From Nymphaea colorata (lineage: Eukaryota), in the NCBI RefSeq assembly GCF_008831285.2, contig NC_045138.2, forward strand, positions 41,726,001-41,790,000: 64,000 nt of DNA, read 5' to 3'. The notes beneath the pieces are model-generated. The model had not been told where the DNA came from. It was given only the letters and a program-made list of their open reading frames with translations, and made no database searches. The stretch's first letter is position 1. Each line of letters starts with the position of its first letter. The position numbers were made by a program, and so were the translations under genes. Below, in pieces: positions 26,850 through 38,800 of the stretch.

Positions 26850-29800
26850 TGTAGACATTAATTGGTGGGATCTATATACCTACAGATCCAATTCTTGAAA
26901 TGAATGTTTTTTTCTAGCCTGCAGCGTATTATGGGCAGTCTGGGTGAAGCATGCATTTTGATTGGATATTTCAATGCTATGAGAGAGACATGATAAAAGT
27001 AAGGGATACACATGGTAAAACTGGTCGACCTCCAAGTAGCATTTCCTGTCGCAATTTTTGCAGATTTATTGCTTAATGTAGATTATCAGTTTTGAATGAT
27101 GAAGACAAAAAGTACACCTGGTCAAATAATAGAACAGGTGATAATTTGGTCTTATGCAAGCCAAATTGGGGCTTAGTAAATCAGCAATGGAAGCATAAAT
27201 GGGGTCATTGTAGTCGTTTGATGGTAATGTCTAGATCCATCTCTGATCATAGTGCTAATATTTACTTCTATTTCCTCTCCTTTTTTACCTTATGGTCACA
27301 CTTTCTCAAATATCATTCTTTCTAGGGGAAAAAAGAAGCTTGCCAGTAGATTATTCATAATGTTTTGAGAAGATCTTGTAGTGGATGTCCCATGATCAGA
27401 ATTATATCAAAATTGGAATAGAATTTTGTAGGTGATGTTTATAGCAGAATTATGAGCCATCATAAGATATTGATGCTGTGCGATTGAGAATGGAAAATGG
27501 AGATAGGCATGCTGAGCTTGATTCTGTTTTGAGAGCAGAACTTGAGGAAGCTCTACGAGAAGAAGCAGAGTTATGGAGGATTAGATTGTGAACAAAATGG
27601 GTCGTGGAAGGTGATAGGAACGTAAGATTTTTTCATATTTTAGCAAATGGAAGAAGGACTAAGAGTCACATAGCTGAATTGGAGCAGGACGGCAGAACTC
27701 ATAGGGACCAACAATAGATTAAAAATATGTGATGAATTTTTCTTAAATCTACTGAGCTCGGAAGAAGGTAACGGTGAGATACAGAACAATATCCCTGCTG
27801 GACCTAAGATTTCTGATATGGACAATGCAAATCTACTTAAACCCCCATTGATGGAGGAGGTTTGCATAATAGTTTTCAATCTAGATGGAGAGAGTGTTCC
27901 AGGTTGTGATGGTTTTCTTGTATGTTTTTTTTTTCGGCATCACTAGCATATTGTGGGATTTGACATCTTCCAAGCTGTTGAAAATTTCCTTAGCACTGGA
28001 AAACTTGATTGAAAGTTAATAGAGCTGTCATTGCACTTATTCCTAAAGGGGAATGGATTAGAAGTGTTAAACAATATAGACTCATTATTCTTTGCAATGT
28101 GGTCTAAAAAATCATCTCTAATTTCCTGGCTGAATGCATGAAAGCATGTTTGAAGAAGGTAGTTGGTGAGGAACAGGCTGCTTTCTTGCCTGGGCGGAAC
28201 CTTTACACTAATGTAATTCTTGCACAAGAACTAATTCAGTGTATGGATGACATGAAGAAGGGCTGTTTATGTATTAAAGTTGATACGACAAAGGCATGTG
28301 ATAGAGTAAATTGGAGATTCCTCCGATATACTCTAGGTAGTCTTGGATTTTCTCATGTTTGGGTGCAATGTGTGATGGCATGTGTCACCACGGTTTCTTT
28401 ATAGTGCAGGTTAATGGCAATATTAGTCAGTTTTATGAGATGAAAAGAGACTTAGACAGGAAGATCCCTTGTTCCCTAATCTTTTCACTGTATGATATTG
28501 ATAATATATAGGTTTCTAAAGCAGAATGTCGATGTCAAAGTTATTGAAGTTCCTAAATGTATGAGGGTTGATTTTTCTTATGGTTTTATCATTTGCATAT
28601 GACCTTTTGTTATTTTGTGAAGCAAATTGTGACTTAGTCCATCTGATTAACGTTGTGTAATGATATCAAGAGAAGATCTGGCTTTGAAATTAACCCTAGC
28701 AAATCAGAACTGGTGACTTTCAATGTTAATACAAACAATTTACAAGAGATCAACAGGAATGTTTTAGGGTATTTCTTTACTCGCTATAAAATACCTTGGA
28801 CTTGCTTTCAAGGGGAATCTCAAAACTGATTGGTGTCAAGAACTGGTGGTTACGGTGGACAAGAGGTTGGCAGCATGGAAAATTCCTCTTCTTTCTTATG
28901 TTGGCTGAATATGCTTAATTAAATCTGTTCTTGTTCAAATCTATCGATTTTGGTGTTCTATCTTTGAGATTCTCAGGCCCATTTCAGAAGTTGGAATCAG
29001 CTATGAGTAGATTCTTATGGGGCAGTTTTGATGGTAAACTACAAGGTCTCTATGATAGACTGGAGCATTTTGTGTCGACCCAAATTGGAGGGGGAAATTG
29101 GTTTATATGATTTATAAGACATGAATAGAGCATATTTGGCTATATTTGCCTTATTTGTTTGTAAGCCTTCAACATATTGGTCAATGGCAATTTGGTACAG
29201 ATATATCATCTATCATAGCATGTGGTATTTCAAATATAGGGTTAAGATGTCTTTGTGGTTTAAAGCCATCATATGGGAATGGAAGTCTATTAGGTTGTCA
29301 AGTGGAGGCCTCAAAGTGGTGAGATAAGATTTTGGCAAGATAAATGGTCCAAGGTGTGTCTATATAATACTTTGACTAGTGATTAAATACTTGAATTTGA
29401 AAAGTCATTCAAGTCTTCCATCAAGGACAAGTTGTCAGCTCATTATATTTATCTCTTTTGTACAAGCCATTAATTTAAAGAATTGGAGAAAAACTTACAT
29501 TGATGGATGATAAAGAAAATATTTTATTCCACAACAAAACTGTAGAGTCCATCAAGTTTGAAGATATACGGCAAATAGTTAGAAAGAAGAACGGTTGTGA
29601 AAAATGGCATATATGGGCATGGATAAAGGAATGTATCCCGAGAGCAAATTGGTTTTTTCTATGGCCTCTAATGATCAACTACCTAGGGTGAACAAGCTTC
29701 AAAGAAAGGGATTAAGTGTTACAAACACATGATATATTTGCTAAGAGCAAGAAGAAAGTGCAGACCATATTATTTTTCAAAGGCAGATTGGCTAGTATGG

Positions 29801-30050
29801 TTTGGAAGTTGATAGTGGGCAAGTTTAAACTTAAGAGGTATTCTCCCACTATTTTCATTCAGCAAAATATGGTTTACAACTAGTCATAAAAGGGGTTGGT
29901 TGAATAAATGTTGGAGGGTTACCTTTAATTTGATGATTTAAAGTTTATGGCAGGTGAGAAATAAACGTATCTTTCAATAGAGCATGTGCAATTATAAGTA
30001 GGAGACAAGGAGGATTTGGACAAGATGTACTGAGCAGTATTTCTTTTTTT
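26850..30050 (+). mobile_element. Decayed L1-type LINE ORF2 (endonuclease, RT, C-terminal zinc-binding region)
   Basis: Endonuclease remnants CILIGYFNA and YTWSNNR..SRSISDH. RT remnants EQAAFLPGR..VILAQELIQ..IKVDTTKACDRVNW and LRQEDPL. C-terminal C*EQEESADHI. Many stops and frameshifts; boundaries approximate. Confidence 0.88.
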
Positions 30051-30094
30051 GAGGCTTAGGTTTTCAATCAGCAGGAAAGAATTTGGAAGGAAAC

Positions 30095-30497
30095 GAAAAT
30101 CTAAACATTTATGTATCCAGCCATGAGGTAAGTCAGCAGCTACCCCCCGATTCGGAAATAATTATGCATCATTTGCATACCTGTGGCAGATTCGAATAGA
30201 TCATATAACAATTCCCTCTCTAAATATAGAAGAAAGGAGTCTGCGCACCGATATCGGCCATAAAAGGTCCAAGCCATAACAAATGCGAAGCTATACGACT
30301 CAACTCCAGCATAATTACCCTAATATAGCTGGCTCTTTTAGGTACTTGAATATTTCCCAATTCCTCAGGTGCATTAATGGTTATTGCCTCCGTGAACATA
30401 GTAGCTAAATAATCCGAACGTGTTACATAAGGTAGATATTATATAATTGTTCAGTTTTTCGTAATTTTTTCCATTCCTTTATGTAAATAACCCAATA
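30095..30497 (-). pseudogene. ndhH: Nuclear plastid DNA (NUPT): internal ndhH fragment
   Basis: Minus strand reads [109 protein letters not shown]. It carries nonsense changes and a frameshift. Confidence 0.92.
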
Positions 30498-30829
30498 ATT
30501 CTGGAAGGGTTATGGAAAAGTCAGGACTAATTGCAATTTAATGTTATTTTCCATATTACAATGGCAATTGTATACCATTAGTACTGACTATCACAATAAT
30601 GGAAAGGAAAAAAGGAAAAACATTTGATGGTAGGACTAACTGCAATTTAATGTCATGATCCATACCACAAATTGTATGTCATTTTTCATATCAATTAACG
30701 GAAAGGAAAAACAAAATGACACTTTTATGCCATTAGTACTGACCATACCACAAATGAGATGCCATTATGCATACAAAAAATTATATGCCATTTTCCATAT
30801 CAATTAATGGAAAGGAAAAGCTTTGCTTC

Positions 30830-31010
30830 GCTTTGTGAGTACTTCTGGGTGCAGTAGTTGGAAGTAGATCGCCTGTCACTAAGAGAACCAGCCCAGTCCG
30901 CATCTGAGTTGTGAGGCTTTGATGCGTAAGGAGCATACAAGATCCCTCCCTCGTCTAGGTGATCACTTTTTCTAAGAATCATGTGAACAACTTCCAAGTG
31001 TGACCTCCAG
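30830..31010 (-). mobile_element. Short copia RT/RNase H fragment
   Basis: SDADWAGSLSDRRSTSNYC and HLEVVHMILR. Confidence 0.8.
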
Positions 31011-31429
31011 AGTGCTTTTCCATTTTTGTGATAGTCAGTATTAATGACATACAATTGTAATTTTGGTATGGTCAGCACTAATGGCATACAATTGCCATTT
31101 TGTCTTGCATTTCCATAACTTTTCCATTAAAGTTTGCTTCAATCCACCAAACCTAGATGTCCTCAAAATCAAAGTTGTCCCTTAAGCGTACAAAGAACTT
31201 GCAACTTTGAACTTCAGACGTGGCAATAGGCGAATTTCAATGCTGACCTTTCAAGCGCTGACCTTTACCTTTCACTTATCAAGATTGCCGTTTTCCATAT
31301 CAATTAATGGAAAGGAAAGGATGAATTGTAATTAGATGTCATTATCCATACCACAAATTGTATGTCATTAGTGTTTCATTGAAATCAAAGAGAAAGACCA
31401 TACCACAAATGAGATGCCATTAGTGTTTC

Positions 31430-32690
31430 TGGTGTAAAAGCTACCGCTTCTAGAATGAAAGCCGCTACCACCCACCCACCCATGGGGGTGGGTGGGTAGG
31501 CAGCTACAACTAAGACAAGCCCCGGTCCTGTTTTAGCGTGAACCATAGTGTAAGCGTAACTGATCTGACTGCTATCGAATCAGCTCTTGAGAATCTCATT
31601 CATCACTCACGCAACCTTTCCTTTGGTAGCCTTTGGAAAAGTGACGGTAGCCAATGTGTTGTGGATTGAAAAGGCGGAGGTTGGCTCTGTAAATGACACA
31701 AAGAGGTTACAAAGGAGAACAACCCCCCTTTCTATAAAAAGGCAAAGGTCGCCTTTCTATGAAGGCGAGCAGCCCAGCCTGCCCTTCTTAACAAAAGGAG
31801 AACAACCCCCCTCTTTCTTTCGGGAACTTTTGATCCATATTTTAGTATTATTGATTCTTCTTCTTATCCTAGATAAGGGTCAGTGGTATTTCCGCAATAG
31901 CAGCTTCGAGAAGCTAAGCGTCGAGTGTGCCTCCTGCTGTCATTTCAATGACTGATAGAACTTCACCCAAACTGGTGTCGTCACCTCTCCCAAGACCGAA
32001 ATGATTATCCCTGCCCGATGGGTCTACATTCATCCCTGAATGTCGTCAGGTACTATTCACTTCCCCGCCATTCTTGTAACTGTCACCTGTCATCTGCGCA
32101 GGTGTGTCCGCACCCTGTGGAGTAGACGAGAAAGAAAGGATTTCTCAGAGCAACCCCCCAGGTTCCAGACCTAGGAGTGCACTTTCCATATGAGCATTCA
32201 GTACATGTATAAGTCTGTGGAAGAGTTACATGGTCACCACTATGGAGGATTTCCCCCCTAATCTTAGATAGGTCGTCTAAGGGTTCGCTGTGGTTCATTG
32301 TTGTGCTTACACACTAGGCTACCCTTGTTTGAAAGCTCCGTGCGACCACCTACCACAGGTCCTTCGGCCGGAGGGGTTTATTGCACAACGCCAGGATGCT
32401 GGCTCCTGCAGAGGAAAGCCCCACAAATGTCAGATGCAAAGCCCTGCACCTCATTAAGATTATATTGGCATACTCTCCCAAAAAAGAAAGAGCAAACCCC
32501 ATTGAAGATGGGAGTGAGGTACAACAAGGCCATTTCCATCCGCCGCCCTTCTCACGGGGCAGTACGTGGACGTTACCACTCATACAGCTCCCAGCCAGCT
32601 AGCTGTTAGCCTTCCTCTACAAGGAATGGAAGTGTGGATGACTCCCAAAGCGAATTGACAAAGCACTCGCAAAGTGAAGCGTTCACGTCA
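31430..32690 (-). pseudogene. nad1: Nuclear mitochondrial DNA (NUMT): small nad1 exon (~32450-32508) with flanking group II intron sequence
   Basis: Exon reads SSMGFALSFLGEYANIILM. It is followed by a GTGCAG group II-type intron start at 32449 and preceded by a domain V-like GAGCTGTATGAG..ACGTAC element (~32550-32590). Outer limits approximate. Confidence 0.85.
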
Positions 32691-33340
32691 CGAGCCAATT
32701 TTAAAGTCAAGGTGTACATGTCATTCAAAGTTGCGAGTGTCAATCTGATTTGCTTTGCTCGTGACATTGGAAAGCCAAAGTGAAGCGAGTGTGGCCTTAG
32801 CTTTCACTACATCAATGTGAATTACCTAGAAAAATAGCAATAGAGCTTTTTTAGACATTTGTAATTTGTGGTCTACTGTAGTGGTAGTATTAACACTACT
32901 ACTATTACTTGTCATATGCACTTGTAGGCATCGTTCTTTTTTCCTTTATCATCCATTACAATGCATGTTTGAAAAGCAAAAAACTATAACCAATACTGAA
33001 AATATATATCAACAATTCAAGCACGTAAAAAAAAACATTGATGCAGCTCTGTTGGTCTGTGGCTGCCACATGAAAACAATCCAGCCGTTGGAGCTACATC
33101 AAATAAGTGCATGCTCAAATAAGGCAACCAAAAAAACAGAAAAATCATATTATCTACAGCAGTCTAGAAAAATGCACAAACATTGGACGAAAGGGAGATG
33201 ATGAAAATGCCTACTACCAGTCGATGGGAGAGGCTGTCGGACAACGGGTGAAGCTGCCAGAGAAATAAGACACTTAAATGTTGGTTAGAGAAAAAAATGC
33301 CCAAATCAGGCAATGGAGAACTAGATTTCAATCATTGTGG

Positions 33341-33865
33341 TCAAGGGCTCTACTGCGTTTCGCTTCTCTTTAACATTAAAAAAGGCATCACCCTTCCTTA
33401 GAGAAGTTGTCGGTCATCAGAGAAGTTGTTGTTCGCTAGAGAAATTGTCGTTCACTGGAGTGGAGCTTGCTACCATCGGTCGCTGTGGGTGAAACGCAGA
33501 AACCGTCAAGGGCTCTGCTGCGTTTTGCTACTCTTAACATAAAAAAAGGTGTCACCCTTTGCTGGAGAAGTCATCGGTCATCGGAGAAATCGTCATTTAC
33601 TGGAGAATCGCTGGAGAAGCCATCGTTCGCTAGAGTGGAGGTTGCTGCCCTCAGTCACTGTGGGTGAAACATAGAAACCGCTGAGGGCTCTGCTGTATTT
33701 CACTTCTCTTTAATGTAAAAAAGGCATCGCCCTTCGCTGGAAAAGTCGTCGGTCATCGAAGAAGTTGTCGGTCATCAGAATCACTGGAGAAGTTACCGTT
33801 CACCGGAGTGGAGCTTGCCGCCGTCGGTCGCTGTAGGTGAAAACGCAAAAGCCATCGAGAGCTTT
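33341..33865. repeat. About 3 tandem copies of a 165-175 bp unit, probably inside a non-autonomous DNA transposon ending ..CGTGTTACATAG (~34086)
   Basis: Units restart at ~33341, ~33506, ~33681 and ~33856 (partial). The terminal sequence resembles the TIR of the 1773 MITE. Confidence 0.8.
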
Positions 33866-35881
33866 GCATTTTCTCTTTATTGTTTTATTTTAATGTCAAA
33901 AAAAACGTAAATCCTAACTATGAATGTTTTTGGACTTGTCAACCAAAAACTTTGATGGAGTCTGAAAATGGATGGATACTTACTCGAGTACAATGACTAT
34001 ACCCAATACGGTCAATGCAGTAACCAGGGCATACCCGAGTGTGTACTGGTACCCAGTACCAGTACGGTGCAACCCGTGTTACATAGGATCTAAATATGCC
34101 ATCGGTGGAGAATGGCATCCAAAAATGACATACCACACTACCACCATAGAAGAAACCCAAAAACGGGTGCCTGAAATCAAAGAAGACGAAAAACAGAAAG
34201 TGCCCTCAGTATTGCAAAGATGTCTTCAAAAGCAGAAGGAAGGATCTGCATTGTCTCCAAAAACAAAGAAAAAGATGTAATAGTACAAACTTAATCAGGA
34301 TCTGAAGCAGACGAGTCGATATGAAAAAATGAATTTTGTAACAAGTTTGCCTAGCAAAGTTTATTTAAGCCTTACAAAATCGTTCATAGTAGCAGTGAGA
34401 AGGCATCAAGTTCAAAAGAATTCGATTCTAAAAAGAAGATCATTTACTCTGATGATGAAGTTCCAATAGCATTCGAACAGCAAGAAAAATGGGTAGTCTC
34501 TGAAAAAGATTGGCGAAGGCAATCCAAGAAAAACATACAACTCTTATTACTTTTTTAAATTTCACACCAAAGAAAATCCTTATCCGACATTGCTATAATT
34601 ATCCTAGTACAAATCGCTGCACAGAAAAGAGAACAATGAAAGAAAGGACAAGATTTTGTAGATACTGCTGCAAATATGAATTTCTATAAAAAGGAGATAA
34701 TACGTGATTAGCTTTATTATCTCAAAGGCACCAAGGTGGAAACTATGAATGGCGGAAAAACAATTTTGCCTTAAACGTGCCGATAAAAATTGGTGAAAAT
34801 ATTATCAGTACAAACTTTGTATAGATCAACAATGCCGAACATGATATCAGGCTTAGATCGATTACGCTTGATGAAATTGGTCCGTACTATCTGCAGGGAT
34901 GGTCATCTGTTTGTCTTCTTTTTCATTCACTTCCTTTAAATGTATATGACGATTTAGTTGATATTAATTTTGCTAATAGCAGTGGATGCCACCTGAAAAT
35001 GGTAGATTCCCATGTTGAAAGAACAAATAAAGAAAACTGAAAATAGATTTCAACATGGGAAAATGGAACAGTAACATTCACTAAGTTGTATTCGTATGTT
35101 AATGTGCATATTTTTGTAAATGACATGTTCTTGTTGCACATGTTATGGCAGATGCTATAGATTTTTTGCGACGAGGACCAATAGGTAAGAAAATAACCTA
35201 TTTTTATTGTATCTTCGGTTTTGGTTATTTTAGATGTCCACGACTTTGCCATTACTCGTGAAGCAATCTATGTACCTTTGATTTTCTTAGATTTCCACGA
35301 CTTTGCTATTACTCATGGTACCATCTATGTAACTTCGGTTTATTTGATCCGCAAAATCTTGTCTCCTACTCACCTTCGCTTTGATCTCCAAGCTCCTTTG
35401 GCTTCAATGTAGAATACTCCCAACATCGAAACGTCGTAGACTATGACAAGTATTAAAGCGATTTAACCTATGTAGTATGTGTTAGTGCAATATACTTTTC
35501 TCATCAAAATATCATCGCAATCTGTTTGAACTTATACGTTCTATTTTGTGGGTGCCGCCTCCACACTGGGTACTGTACATGCTTGGCGCCAACATATTCA
35601 TCCTTCGAATATATAATATATTGCAGAAAGAAGCAGGGATTGTGACAGAAGAGAAACCTTACAAACAGCAACCAACAACATTCGACCATGACATGTCGAC
35701 ATGGCCATGCCTTCACAATGGAATCACCAGTTTCCTCTTATTAGTAGTAATTACTTTAAAAATTACGTGCAACTATGCATCAGTACTATATGTGCAAACT
35801 TGATGACTATCTTATTATAATTAGTGATCGACAGCAACGAAAACATGCTGACTACAACCACGACGCAAGCAGCAGTTTCGC

Positions 35882-38800
35882 TTACATGAGAAGAGGACTG
35901 CCTTCCTTGATTAGCACAAAGATGCTGCTCCCATCTCCCCGTGAGATCCTTAACTCATGATCCAAATAGGTTGTGAGCAACCATGATTGAGCCCTTTCAG
36001 ATGTGATGGGAAACTTCAATGGTGGCTGATCAGAGATTGTTTTTGCAACCGATGATGCTGCATTTTGCACTGACACCGTCAACCCTTTCAATGGAGAAAG
36101 GTCGATGTTCTGCCCTAGAAACTCCATGCTTTCTGGTACCACAATTGAATCAGTGAGTTGTGGCGTCCCAATCACACCTTCTTCAAATTTTATCTGCAAA
36201 TAGCACAAGGAGCCTGTAAGCTGTATTACAGTCAACAAATGTAATTTAACTAGTCTCTACTTTAAAAAGTTCAGAAAATCAGCAATTCTGCTGTCATTAG
36301 CACTTCTCATTCAATAAATGTGACAGAATGAACATAACTGGGTTCATGTAGCCAGAACTATCATTTACAAAACAAAATTTCTCATATCCCCTGGAAACTA
36401 AAGAATGAAACACCAAGTACATAATTTGTTCGAGGGCATTTCTTCTTACGAAATGAGAAACTGATATTGAAGATTTCTTAGTCACTTTTTCCACAAGTGC
36501 CATTGGGTGACTCCAATACAATCCCCTTTCAAGACATGGTGCACCAAGAAAGCTGCTTCAGTAGCTTCTGGCTAGACCAACTACACATTTCTAATTTTCT
36601 ATGGTTCTAGACACACTTCACAAAGACATATATACAACAAAAAGGAACCTGAACCATTTATTTCCCTTCTATTCAGTCTTTCACTTGAGGAATCATGGTG
36701 AAGTCAATTATTTAGCCACAACGGTATAATAACAAAAAAAAATAAAATGTTTGGTTTTTTCAGAATGCATAGAGAGGAACGTGTTGCTCTTTGAGGTAAA
36801 AAAAAAAAAAATTCGTGCTGCAGAATTCAGATTCTTCAAGACAAAATATGCTTTGTCTAGTCTTTGTACGTAAGAACCGCATTCAGACATGGAGATCATA
36901 GACCTGTGCCAGTCCTCAAGTAAAAACCTTGTACCTGCATATCCTTTTAATCCATTTAATTTTTTTCTTTCTGGTTTAAGCGGCAAGACGACACCAAGTA
37001 AGGACATAAGGGACATATTCCATACAGTTAGGATGAAAAACAATAAGATCTTGAAGTCCCCATTTCTGACTATTAGTAATGGTTTACTATCTTATGGGGA
37101 AGCCTTCATCAATTGTTGTTCCAAGATCCTCAAATGAAACAAACTTTTTGGAGCTACAGAATGTTTTTATTTCACAACATTCCTGAAAGATGTAGCTTTC
37201 ATGAGAAAGAAGAACAAGCTTGACCAGATGGATGAATATTTTGATGACATGGTGCTTGTGAAAGAAGTAAAGATACAGATAAGGTTATTCACTTAAAACT
37301 TTTTTTTTCCGAACTCCCTAAGATTTAAAACAGCTAAAGGTTTAGTTTCAAGGTTCTGGAATAAACATAGTAGGCCAAAATTACGACTCCTGTTAAAAGA
37401 CAGTCACTGAAATCATGAAATCACAAGGGAATTACATAGATATTGATCCCAATTCACAATGGCCAATACTGCCAGTCTGCCAGAAGATTAAAAGGCCCAA
37501 AGATAAGAATCCATATGCAGCTAATTAAGACAGCAACTGCTAACAGCTTAGAAGCCTTTCATATGCTCAGTCTGGGACGTCAAACGTGAGGAGCTTAGAG
37601 TGAAATTTTAAATGATTGCCATTTCCTAGCTTTGCCATGCATGGACAACTATTCAGCCATAGAATCAGAGTTTTTTACAAAAGTGATTAGTCGAGGTACA
37701 ATGTCATGGAAAGCCACTAAAGGTATCCAACATAAGCAGCAAGTCTAAAAAGCTTATCTCAAGTGCATATCCTTCTAGAGTAATAGGTAACACGCAGAAG
37801 ATAGAAATGTTCAGCAACACATGGATGAGAATTGAAGCCAATCAAAGAAGCTCATACTGCAAAGCAGCTCAGCTGTCCCAGGAAATAAATACCAACTTTT
37901 AGCAAAAATCATGACAAGATAGATAAAAATTCAAGTTGCAGTTTCAGATCCAACCATTGTCATTATCCAATTCACTCAACATTTCCAGCAATTGGAAGTC
38001 AACCTTTTCTAGATTTCCAAATATAATTGTCAAAATTCAACTAACCCAATACCCTTCTTTTATGTGACACATGTTCCTTTTCTGAAGATGAAATTTGGAG
38101 CAACACATCACATAACTGAACCTGAAATATGTTGAATTTTCTACCTATTTCAAGTAGGTCCTGCTCAATACTTGTGTTACCGTAGTCCTACTTCTTCAAG
38201 CCATAGATGTTGGTTCTCTTTGTCGATCTATGAAATCAAAGAAGACATTGTTTCAGAAAGATAACAACATTACTACCTTCAAGTTCATAGCTCACCACTA
38301 GAATAAAAATGAAATTAATGAATACTCTCATCCTAGATACCATTCCTCACAAAGATCCTAGTAAAAATATCCTTTGACCTCACAAGAACAAAATCATAAA
38401 AGACATTGATAAAGGCCACAAGAGAACAAAAACAAGAGGCTTACAGAACCCTAAAATATCCTCAACAACAAAAGCATGCACTAAGGCACAAGGAGAGCTG
38501 AAATGGAAATGAAATATTATTTAGTAAGCCTCAAGGCGTATAAAACAAGAATAATTTACAGAGTAAGGAGGGGATAAATTAGAGCAGGAGGCTGGACAAA
38601 GAGCTGAAGCCATCAGAACTAGCCAATGGCTAGCCCTAGTCTAGCCAAAGCCTAAATTTAACCAGACAGCAGCTTAAATAAAAAATGAAAAAAGTATAAG
38701 CATAGAAAATACTAAGTAGATACAGAAAAGTTAAAGAATAAAATACATAATTTTATACACACATCATTATACATATTCATATATACATCATTATTTAATA

